IMG/VR virus record: IMGVR_UViG_3300005573_000146
Location: 1-43,511 of that record
Direction: 5' to 3' (one strand)
Source: a virus
Taxonomy: Duplodnaviria > Caudoviricetes
Length of the DNA stretch: 43,511 nucleotides
The position numbers and the translations under genes were made by a program. Position 1 is the stretch's first letter. Each line of letters opens with the position of its first letter. Shown piece by piece: positions 1-7,943 of this stretch. The notes beneath the pieces are model-generated. The model saw only the letters and a program-made list of their open reading frames with translations, was not told the origin of the DNA and did not search any database.

Positions 1-1
1 C

Positions 2-310
2 TTCCTCCAGTTCCTCTTGCAGCAAGGCCAAGGCCCGCCATGCGAGCTTCGCCGTGTGCCGCGTCCCATCAGTGTCGATGGTGCCGCGTTCGATCAGGTG
101 CCGCTCGATGCAATCAGCGTGATCGGCGGACTTTTCCCGAGCCCAATGCATCGGCTCGCCGGGGTTGTGCTGCTGATTCCCGACGTAGCTGACGAAGGCA
201 ACCTCAGCGATCGCGTTCGGGAAGTAGTCCAGCACGCCGCGGGCAATCGGTCGCTCCTTGCGAGCCTGCTTATCCGTGGGAAGTGGTACGCGAACAGTGG
301 TCTCCGGCAT
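2..310 (-). CDS. dATP/dGTP diphosphohydrolase N-terminal-like (DUF5664-type) protein, 3' end outside the window
   Basis: Not in the ORF track. My translation from ATG at 310 (GGAGG RBS upstream): MPETTVRVPLPTDKQARKERPIARGVLDYFPNAIAEVAFVSYVGNQQHNPGEPMHWAREKSADHADCIERHLIERGTIDTDGTRHTAKLAWRALALLQEELEE. The pattern AIAEVAxVSxxG...W...H...H..K.AWRAL matches my recollection of this family. Confidence 0.7.
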   Translation of the reverse strand, partial: MPETTVRVPLPTDKQARKERPIARGVLDYFPNAIAEVAFVSYVGNQQHNPGEPMHWAREKSADHADCIERHLIERGTIDTDGTRHTAKLAWRALALLQEELEE

Positions 311-323
311 TGCTGCCCTCCAG

Positions 324-2672
324 TTAGGAATGAATTCTGCGGAACGCCACGCGGCGATGTCCGCCCATCTTCTTCGCCCATACGATCTCGACCCCGTACA
401 GCGTCTTGAGTGTAGGGGCCAGTCGATCGAGACAGTTAGTTAGCCCACGAGTTGTTTTGGGCCAGTCTCGCCGCAACGTCTGCGATCCACCGGCCCGGTT
501 CAGTCGGTCGAACAGATCGCCCACGGTGCCGGTCCACTCTTGATTGCTCTCAATGATGGACAGGATCGCCGGGCCGATTGCGTTAGATTCGACAACGCCT
601 TCCTGAGCGAGACGCTGATTGTCGGCGAACGCCTTCAGGTAAGTGCCGTCCTCCCACCCCATCGCCCGCTCAATGGCAACAGCCCAGCGGGTATAGTCCA
701 CGAGACGCGGGGAGGAGTGGAGGGAGACTTCAGGGAGACGCTTCATCGCCGCTGCAACCAGCGACAGACAGCCGCCCAGCACGCGGGGACGCAGCCGCTC
801 GAAGTCTTCGCGAAGGCTCGCCTCTGATCTCCGCTGATGCGGCTCCAGGGGCGGGAGGGCCAGCACGATAGCGCGATCCAACAGGTCGCCGCGATCCGCG
901 ACTTCCTCGATTCCGTTCAGGATGATCTGCCGCCGCACATGGATCAGTGTCTCGTCAGTGTTGCTGTACAGGGTGCGGGTGCCGAAGCCGGTGCCACTGG
1001 CGATGCGGCAGAACGCATCACTGAGCCACGTGTCGAGATGGGAGATGTTGTCGAAGACGAGCACCGCCGAGTTCGACGCGGCAATCAGGAGATCACGTTC
1101 ATCGGACGGGAGCGTGCGAAGCCCCGCCTTGTTCGGGTCGATCAACTGCCGCAGCACGTCGCAGGTGAAGCTCTTGCCGCTGCCATGCTGGGCACGCAGG
1201 ACAAGCACGGGGAGCGTACCGGCAGGATTGAAGCTGGCGAGGATGAACGGCACGACCAGTGTGAATTGTGCATCGTCCAGGGTGAGCAGCGGCCGAAGCT
1301 CCTCCACGCTCCCGGTGAACTCCGGCACCGGCAGCGGCTCCATGCCTGGAGGACGGATGAACGGGATCGGTGAATCGCTCAGAAGCTTTGGGCCGCTCGG
1401 GCTGATCTCTACAACTTGGCCTTTCGTGTTGGCCAGATCGAGATAGAGCCTGCCGCCCTTGTGTCCAAAGCGGATGAATGGCGTCCCGCGCTTCCCCTCG
1501 TACCGTGCCTTGGCTGCCATTGTGTTTGTTACCTTGTCGAGATCGCGGGCGTCGGGGGCCTTGGACGTAGCCTTGAAGAAGCCCATGCACAGGTGCGAGC
1601 GGAAGCCCTCGGAATGCACGGCGAAGGTCTCGGAATGCCCGTTGATCTTGACCGTGGCGTATGCCCTGTCGCCGTCGTGGAACAACTCCGCCTGATCCGC
1701 GATCACCATGAGGGCGGCGGCTTGCGAATCTTCGTCGGCCGCAACCGCAACCTCAGCAGTCTTCAGTTCCGCCGATATCCGCGTCTGCCCGTGTTCTTGT
1801 ACATACTTCAGGAAGCCCTCGCGAGTGAGCCCGTAATTCACCTTCCAGGCTCTCAGGTCTTTGACGTGCGGCGGTGGCAGGACCATTACGACATCGCGGC
1901 TTACCTTGGATAGCGACTTGTGGGCGGCGATCATGCCCTCTTTGCCGGGCTCGCGGCCGTCAGTCTTCCGATCGTTCTCGCCGACGACAATCGCCGGACG
2001 ACTTCGGGCCAAATCCGCTAGTTCGTCCATGCAGCCGAGATTGCTGGGGCGTCCAACAGCGACAAAGCCAAGGTCCATCGCGGCAGCGGTGTCACTCATC
2101 CCCTCAACAACGACGATTGGATCGTCGCTGGGCGGCAAGGCTGATGAGCCCGTTGTTACATTGCCCTCCGTCTTGCGGATGTGCAGAAAGCCAAACTTCA
2201 TTGGCCGCACCGCACCGTCCTTCACGCGGATACAGATAACGGCCTTGGGGTCAGCCGGGGCTTCAGCCGAGAGCAGGCACCCGTCAGGCTTCTCACAGAC
2301 GGGGCATGGTACGCCCGCGTCCATCGTCCTGATCCAGTTATGGGCTCCGTGCTGATAGCCCATGCCGCCGCGTTCGTGGTCCGCGTTCACTTCGTACACG
2401 AGCCCGTGCTTCGTGCCGGGCAGCATGACCTTACAGTCGTCCTGTGAACGCAGGCTCAGCCCAACAGGCTTACCATTGCCGTCACGCTCCGGGATCACCC
2501 ACCATCCCTGATAGTTCTTGCCCTTCTTGAATTCGACGATGGGTGCCCATCCGAGAGCAAGCCGACGTAGCGAATCAGCGGAAACGCCTAGATGCTCGGC
2601 GAGAGCATCGAGCATCGCCGGGTAGGCGTTCCCTTGGAACTTCTCAAGTAACTGTTCGATCTTAGTTGGCAA
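324..2672 (-). CDS. Primase (TOPRIM with Zn finger) fused to a P-loop ATPase/helicase
   Basis: CPVCEKPDGC Zn motif, TOPRIM motifs VVVEGMSD and VVGEND, Walker A AQHGSGKS, Walker B-like VLVFDN; lies in the replication arm. Confidence 0.8.
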   Translation of the reverse strand: MPTKIEQLLEKFQGNAYPAMLDALAEHLGVSADSLRRLALGWAPIVEFKKGKNYQGWWVIPERDGNGKPVGLSLRSQDDCKVMLPGTKHGLVYEVNADHERGGMGYQHGAHNWIRTMDAGVPCPVCEKPDGCLLSAEAPADPKAVICIRVKDGAVRPMKFGFLHIRKTEGNVTTGSSALPPSDDPIVVVEGMSDTAAAMDLGFVAVGRPSNLGCMDELADLARSRPAIVVGENDRKTDGREPGKEGMIAAHKSLSKVSRDVVMVLPPPHVKDLRAWKVNYGLTREGFLKYVQEHGQTRISAELKTAEVAVAADEDSQAAALMVIADQAELFHDGDRAYATVKINGHSETFAVHSEGFRSHLCMGFFKATSKAPDARDLDKVTNTMAAKARYEGKRGTPFIRFGHKGGRLYLDLANTKGQVVEISPSGPKLLSDSPIPFIRPPGMEPLPVPEFTGSVEELRPLLTLDDAQFTLVVPFILASFNPAGTLPVLVLRAQHGSGKSFTCDVLRQLIDPNKAGLRTLPSDERDLLIAASNSAVLVFDNISHLDTWLSDAFCRIASGTGFGTRTLYSNTDETLIHVRRQIILNGIEEVADRGDLLDRAIVLALPPLEPHQRRSEASLREDFERLRPRVLGGCLSLVAAAMKRLPEVSLHSSPRLVDYTRWAVAIERAMGWEDGTYLKAFADNQRLAQEGVVESNAIGPAILSIIESNQEWTGTVGDLFDRLNRAGGSQTLRRDWPKTTRGLTNCLDRLAPTLKTLYGVEIVWAKKMGGHRRVAFRRIHS

Positions 2673-3459
2673 GGCTCGCTCCTATCTCATAGTCCTTGGC
2701 CACAGTCCCATTCTTCGCGTTGCCCTTTAGGCACGGCGGAACGAAGAACCGGCCCGCGTACTTCCCGAATAGCAGGCCCTTTCCGAACTCCGGCCCATAT
2801 TCGGCGAAGTGTCCTCGGCACACATGGCGGGGCATCGTCCCGATGTCGATGCCGGGGGAATCATGCTTCGCTCCCGGCGGACGTACAATCAGAGTGTGAT
2901 AGCGATAGGACGTGCTATCGCCTCCGAAACGACGGGACGCTCTCCGCACTTGCTGCGGCTCTAGGTGCTGTGGATTTAAGGATACGTTTTTGCAGCCGAG
3001 CAATGACAACGTATCACAGGCAAAGCCCTGTGCGGCCTTCCCGGCAACTCTGAACTCTTCAAGGCCGTAAGTGGCCTCGGAAATGAGGTATCTCCGACTG
3101 TCCAGCACCATGTCTCCCCGCTCATCGAACTTACAGGCATACCCGCCAAGAAATACCGGGGGTGAGTACTCGAACGCGGTAACGAGCAGAAAAGTTGCGT
3201 CGGTGCCGGAGTCTGTGCGGTGCGAAGTCACATGCACCCCGGCAGCAGCATACTTCCACTCAGGGAACTCGATCCACAGCGACGGGAACGGAAAAGCGAT
3301 ACGCTTGGCGTCTTCTACGAGTAGGTCTCTGCCACAACTACGAGTGTCTACTATTATCGTGGCGGTTACAATTGCTCGCTGTAGAGCGTCGTCTTCTCCT
3401 GTATGACGCGGATGGACGCCCTCGTTCAGTATTCGCTTCCACAGTTGAGCGTGCTTCAT
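2662..3459 (-). CDS. Hypothetical phage protein with C-terminal PRHxxRGHF motif
   Basis: 265-aa ORF overlapping the primase start. The C-terminus PRHVCRGHFAEYG...FVPPCLKG resembles an uncharacterised phage family. Confidence 0.6.
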   Translation of the reverse strand: MKHAQLWKRILNEGVHPRHTGEDDALQRAIVTATIIVDTRSCGRDLLVEDAKRIAFPFPSLWIEFPEWKYAAAGVHVTSHRTDSGTDATFLLVTAFEYSPPVFLGGYACKFDERGDMVLDSRRYLISEATYGLEEFRVAGKAAQGFACDTLSLLGCKNVSLNPQHLEPQQVRRASRRFGGDSTSYRYHTLIVRPPGAKHDSPGIDIGTMPRHVCRGHFAEYGPEFGKGLLFGKYAGRFFVPPCLKGNAKNGTVAKDYEIGASLAN

Positions 3460-3462
3460 AAA

Positions 3463-3537
3463 TGGGCCGGGTGAGGGTCGAACTCACACTATGACCTGAT
3501 TGTGTACAGGTGCCTCTACCGATTGGGCTACCGGCCG
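3463..3537 (-). tRNA. Degenerate tRNA / tRNA-like element with an abnormal 8-nt anticodon loop
   Basis: Minus strand: GGCCGG TA GCCCAATCGGTAGAGGC ACCTG TACACAAT CAGGT CATAGT GTGAG TTCGACC CTCAC CCGGCC CA. The acceptor stem, D arm and T arm (GTTCGA) all pair, and the element is intergenic. Confidence 0.75.
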
Positions 3538-3559
3538 CCGCCTTGCTCTGCTGCGGATA

Positions 3560-4555
3560 TCACACAGTCAAAGCAAGGTCTTTAATCACCACGTCGCGGA
3601 CCTTCGCCCAATCCGCCCCGGTGAAGTCCTTCTCATCCCTGTTGCCGCCGATTTCGCCGCACGCGGCGAGCCATGCGTCAGAGACCGCACCGTCCTCGTT
3701 GTCGCCCTTGTGTTCGCAGATGAAATTCCATGCGTCGATCTGCGTGGTTTCCCTCGGCAACTCCGAAGTATCAGCAGACTCCTCCTTGGCCGGCGGGGGC
3801 GGAGGCGGGGTCTGCTTCTTGGGCGGGGACTTGGACTTGGAGGCGGGCGTTGAGGGAGACGACGAATCGGGCGAGCTTGTCGCGGACGGCTTCTTGCTCT
3901 CCGGGGAGGGCGAAGCCGGGGACTTCGAGGGGGCAGCCGATGCCGTGCTTCCAGACGGGGCGTCCGCAGCCGGGGCAGTGGTAGCAGGAGGTTCGGCCGC
4001 AGACGTTGCAGGCTTTCCCGGCTTGGCGGGGGCGGCCTTGGCAGCGGCGGCGGCCGGTGCCTTCGTGATCTTCAGCCTCTTGCTGAGGGCGGCGACTTCG
4101 GCGGTGTCCAAAGTCCTGAGCTTCCGCACCGGGTCGGCGTCCCAAGTGTCGATCCACGACACCTGCATACTCGTCTTGCCTTCGTACTCGTGATCCTCGA
4201 CGCGGAAGCTGATCTTCTTCCCGGCGAAGGTCATCAGTGAGTCGAACTCCGTGCCGTCCCATCCCGTCGCGGCCTGAAGCTGTTCGTAATTCAGGAGGGA
4301 GGTTTCCTTCGTGAACTCCTCCGCGCTCTTGAACAGCACCATGTAGCAGAGGATTTCTTCCTCGAAGCTCGACCAGTCCACCCACGCGGGCTCGGACAGC
4401 TTGAAGTGCTCCATCTCGCTCTTGCTGTCCACCCACTTCTCCAGGGCTTTCAGCCGGGCAACCCACTGCGGGAAGCCGGACTTCTGCGTAACGCCGAGGC
4501 CTGATTCGAGAATCTCGCCCCGGTAATTTCCCATCGTGTCAATCTTGTTCGCCAT
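3560..4555 (-). CDS. Putative single-stranded DNA-binding protein with a long Pro/Ala/Ser-rich linker
   Basis: Beta-rich N-terminal domain (GNYRGEILESGLG...FRVEDHEYEGK), low-complexity linker, and position downstream of the AAA_24 ATPase and exonuclease, as in Sak4/SSB modules. Confidence 0.55.
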   Translation of the reverse strand: MANKIDTMGNYRGEILESGLGVTQKSGFPQWVARLKALEKWVDSKSEMEHFKLSEPAWVDWSSFEEEILCYMVLFKSAEEFTKETSLLNYEQLQAATGWDGTEFDSLMTFAGKKISFRVEDHEYEGKTSMQVSWIDTWDADPVRKLRTLDTAEVAALSKRLKITKAPAAAAAKAAPAKPGKPATSAAEPPATTAPAADAPSGSTASAAPSKSPASPSPESKKPSATSSPDSSSPSTPASKSKSPPKKQTPPPPPPAKEESADTSELPRETTQIDAWNFICEHKGDNEDGAVSDAWLAACGEIGGNRDEKDFTGADWAKVRDVVIKDLALTV

Positions 4556-4633
4556 ACTTTCAGTTTCCAGAAAGACGCCCCCTTCAATTTCACATGAGCC
4601 CTCGCGGGCAACGCTTACAAATCGGCTGATCCG

Positions 4634-5023
4634 TCAGCGGTTGTGGTCATCAGCCGGCCAATTACGGTTAGGGTCCACCGCCTTCGCCTGCGGCGGCTGG
4701 CTGAGTATGCCGATGATGCTGCTTTGCTCGAAGCAGTGATACAGTTCCTCGCCGTCGCGATACGGCAGGCCCTCGTCCTCGAACGTGGAGGCGTTGGCAC
4801 CGACGCGGATTTTCTTCTTGTGCTTCACCCACACCCGCTGACCGGGCATCAGGTCGAACGTCTCACTCCGGCCGCCCTCGGCCGAGACGTTGCCGGGACC
4901 GACCGCGATCACTTCGGCCTCGGTGTAGCACTCCTGATTCGTCGGCACCGTGATGGCACCGACCTTCCGCTCTGCCGCAGTGATGAGCTTCACCACGACG
5001 AGCGTGTTGCGGGGTTGAATCAT
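4634..5023 (-). CDS. groES: GroES/Cpn10-like co-chaperonin
   Basis: Start refined to ATG at 5023. MIQPRNTLVVVK...GAITVP...AEVIAVGPG...PGQRV...IIGIL matches the Cpn10 pattern. Confidence 0.8.
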   Translation of the reverse strand: MIQPRNTLVVVKLITAAERKVGAITVPTNQECYTEAEVIAVGPGNVSAEGGRSETFDLMPGQRVWVKHKKKIRVGANASTFEDEGLPYRDGEELYHCFEQSSIIGILSQPPQAKAVDPNRNWPADDHNR

Positions 5024-5060
5024 TCGGGACTCCAATCTCCACGCTGAGCGTGGTAAAAAG

Positions 5061-5966
5061 TTACTCGACCCTCGCCCCCTCGAATACGAACTGCCACAGG
5101 GAATTGTCTGTGGCGGAATCGAACGTGATGAGGGGCGGAATGCGGTATCCATCGACGGGCCGGGACTTCGCGATGAAGTGCGACGCCCCGCCCGTGAACA
5201 CCGCCCGCTTGGACTCACCGGCCTGGACCTTGCCGGCCTTCGCCTTGTCGTTGTCCTTCTCGACGGTGAACTCCGAGTAGCCGATACGGAAGACGTGATC
5301 GGACCACTCGCACAGTTCGGTGCGGACGCTGTACTGCTTGTTGTGCTGGAGCTTCGGCCCATCCTCCAGGTAGTCCAGGCCCTCGGCGTTGGCGACCGTG
5401 ATCTGTGCAAGCTGAGCAAGGAGGATCACGTTGCGGCCGGTGCGGACCAGAGCGTCCAGGTCGGACAGCATCAGGCGGTAGCATTCGAGCAGATGGGCGG
5501 GGCCGTCCCACCCATACTTGCGCATGCTCGTCGCGGTCTGTCCGCCACTGAGCTTGTAGTGCTCGAAGATGTACGGCTCCATCAGTTCTTCCAGCTTCGT
5601 CACGGTGTCGATGACGAGCGTGCAGTCCTTCGGCCAGAGGCTCGACTGATGAATCGCGTCGCGGATGTCCTGGAAGTCAGCGATGCCGGACACCGCCATC
5701 ACGGGCTCGCCTGTGAGCGGGTTGCGAATCTTCCGGCCGCCGTCGTCGATGCCGATGAAGATGGCACCGGGAGCCATCGCCGCCAGCGTCGTCTTGCCGA
5801 TGCCGCTCTTTCCATACATCAGAATCTTCTCGCCCTCGTCGGCGTCAGTCCACGGCTTGACGCTGAACGCCTTGGCCGCCCGTGCCGCCGGCTTTGCCAC
5901 TCCGGGCTTCGTCGGCATCTTCATCGGGGGTTTCGATGTTGGGGGTTTGCTGGGTGGAACGCTCAT
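5061..5966 (-). CDS. AAA_24 / Sak4-like ATPase (recombination)
   Basis: KILMYGKSGIGKTTLA (Walker A), TLVIDT (Walker B), WSDHV, AKSR. Start refined to ATG at 5966 after a GGAGGA RBS. Confidence 0.85.
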   Translation of the reverse strand: MSVPPSKPPTSKPPMKMPTKPGVAKPAARAAKAFSVKPWTDADEGEKILMYGKSGIGKTTLAAMAPGAIFIGIDDGGRKIRNPLTGEPVMAVSGIADFQDIRDAIHQSSLWPKDCTLVIDTVTKLEELMEPYIFEHYKLSGGQTATSMRKYGWDGPAHLLECYRLMLSDLDALVRTGRNVILLAQLAQITVANAEGLDYLEDGPKLQHNKQYSVRTELCEWSDHVFRIGYSEFTVEKDNDKAKAGKVQAGESKRAVFTGGASHFIAKSRPVDGYRIPPLITFDSATDNSLWQFVFEGARVE

Positions 5967-6034
5967 CTTGTCCTCCAAAAAGTTTGCTCTCAGTTGCTCA
6001 GGATCGGGGAACGCGGGATCGTCCGAATCGGACA

Positions 6035-7270
6035 TCACTCATCCGCGACAATTTCCTTCTGCTTCGGGTCAGCGAAGATCCGCACAAAGCCCGGCGGCAC
6101 AGTCACACCGTCGCACACGGCGTCGGCACCGGGTCCGTAACAAATCGGGATCATGTCGCAGGCCCGCGTCGCCCGGCACTGCCGCTCGTTCTCGTACCAG
6201 CAGCCGGTGCGGGCGAAGATGCGTTTCGCCTGATAGATGTTGTATAACTCCACCCTGAACTTACGGATTTCCTGATCTGTACGGGCGATCTCCCGGCGGA
6301 CGTAGTAGTGCTCCGGCCGCTCGTAGATGTCCGCGAGGAGCCGAGCCCCGAACATTCCGATCGTCTCGCGGATCGCCGGCTTGCCGGACTTTCCGACTTC
6401 AAACTCCGCTTCTTCGTCGTCCACCTTGACGCTGGCGAGCTTGCCTTCAGAATCCGTGCTGTACGTCGTGCGGAACGTCTGACCGCAATAGGTGCCGGAA
6501 TTCAAGAACGCCTCAGTCTCGGCCTGCGTGAGCTTAGCCGGCTTGATCGTCGGCCGACGCCACACGTCGTACAGCGTGCTGCCGACGCGACCCTGCCGCC
6601 CGCTCATCGCAATCCGCGTCGCGATGTCCGGCGGTACGCAGCCGGCCGCCATCATGTCCCTGAACGCGAGAGCGTACATGCTGACCTGCGTGTCCTTCTT
6701 GGCTTTGTCCCAATAGTCGGAATCGTGGTCGATGCTGCGGGTCGTGCTCTTGCGTTCCTGCACGCCGATCATCCCCTGCCACATAATGAGGTGGTCGATC
6801 TTACCGACGCGGACAACCTCTCGCATCAGCAGCGGAAGGCCGGTGCGGGGCTCGTGAAGTGGAAGCTCGAAGGGGATTTCACTGGCCAGCGTCTCGATCG
6901 GGTCATCTTGATAGTACCACAGGTAGCCGATGAAGCACGTCAGTAGAACCTGCCGCTCAAGCCCCCACTCGAACGACGTTTTGCTCGCGGGCATCTGCTC
7001 ATACCGCGTGTTGAGCAGGCTGACGACAGCGGTAAGGGCGTAGTCCTTCGGGTCGAGCGGTGCGTTTCCGCCCGGATGCTCACACGAGTTTATAGCGTTC
7101 GCATAGGTCTCGTGCATCTCGTGCCAGTTCGTCCCGATACGCTGGCTGTCGGTGTCCACGGCTGGACGTAAGCCCTCCCGGTACTTCAGCCGGTACAGGG
7201 TCGGGCAGTCCTTGAACGCGATGACGGACGACGAGGACTCGTGGTAGCACTCCGGATTTACTTTTGGCAT
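6035..7270 (-). CDS. PD-(D/E)XK exonuclease (PDDEXK_1 / Cas4-like, Cys cluster)
   Basis: SSSSVIAFKDCP, IGTNWHE, GKIDHL...ERKST, QVSMY, C-terminal C..C...C. Start refined to ATG at 7270, downstream of a promoter. Confidence 0.85.
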   Translation of the reverse strand: MPKVNPECYHESSSSVIAFKDCPTLYRLKYREGLRPAVDTDSQRIGTNWHEMHETYANAINSCEHPGGNAPLDPKDYALTAVVSLLNTRYEQMPASKTSFEWGLERQVLLTCFIGYLWYYQDDPIETLASEIPFELPLHEPRTGLPLLMREVVRVGKIDHLIMWQGMIGVQERKSTTRSIDHDSDYWDKAKKDTQVSMYALAFRDMMAAGCVPPDIATRIAMSGRQGRVGSTLYDVWRRPTIKPAKLTQAETEAFLNSGTYCGQTFRTTYSTDSEGKLASVKVDDEEAEFEVGKSGKPAIRETIGMFGARLLADIYERPEHYYVRREIARTDQEIRKFRVELYNIYQAKRIFARTGCWYENERQCRATRACDMIPICYGPGADAVCDGVTVPPGFVRIFADPKQKEIVADE

Positions 7271-7283
7271 AGGGGATTCCAAC

Positions 7284-7312
7284 ATTATACCCCAGAATCG
7301 GTCAATCGGCAA
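7284..7312 (-). promoter_or_regulatory. Sigma70-type promoter for the recombination genes
   Basis: Minus strand TTGCCG-17 bp-TATAAT, 14 nt upstream of the nuclease ATG. Confidence 0.65.
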
Positions 7313-7943
7313 ACATTTTCAATGCTTTCATGGGCCGCTTGCTCCGGCCATTGAAGACGGCGGCGAACAACTCCGGGCTATCCTTGCCGAATTTGCGACC
7401 CACGCTCTCGGCCCCCTCGCGAGTCCTGATCCGCAGGAAGTGGGCGATCAGCAGAGCGTCCATCCGCCCGTCCAAGATGCCGCCCTTCGGGCCACGGATC
7501 AGGCCAGCGTGCTCCTGGTAGTAGGCGTCGAAGAACTCGGCGGCACGCTGATTGGCCCCGGCTACGTCCTTCCCGTCGAGTCCGAGCCGTCCTTTCCAGA
7601 GGTTCGGTGGGATCAAGAAAAACTCCAGCCCCTTCAAAAACGCGAAGGCATGGAGGATTCCCTTCTGCCGGCCGAATCGTTCTGCTCGTTCGGCCCCCTC
7701 GCCGGGTCTCGTCGTCGGCCACTCGATGCCGACAGCGACATCAGGTAATCGACGGAGGACTCCGAATAGATCGCGGAGCCCCGGTAAGTCAAGCTCCCTG
7801 TCACGGTCTCGTTTGCCCTCGGCCACAGGCATATCGTAGACACGCAGATAGCTCCCTGCGGCGTTCATCACCGCAACGGCACCATTGAAGCCGGGGTCTA
7901 TTCCGGCGAAGTGCAGATGATCTCTGACAGGCAGCGTAGGCAT
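7302..7943 (-). CDS. RuvC-like Holliday junction resolvase
   Basis: FAGIDPGFNGAVA, VGIE, PNLWK, DGRMDALLIA are the RuvC acidic motifs. Confidence 0.85.
   Translation of the reverse strand: MPTLPVRDHLHFAGIDPGFNGAVAVMNAAGSYLRVYDMPVAEGKRDRDRELDLPGLRDLFGVLRRLPDVAVGIEWPTTRPGEGAERAERFGRQKGILHAFAFLKGLEFFLIPPNLWKGRLGLDGKDVAGANQRAAEFFDAYYQEHAGLIRGPKGGILDGRMDALLIAHFLRIRTREGAESVGRKFGKDSPELFAAVFNGRSKRPMKALKMFAD

Noticed and set aside
6035-7270. Cas4 as evidence of a CRISPR system
   Set aside because: It sits with an AAA_24 ATPase, SSB-like gene and resolvase, which is a standard phage recombination module.
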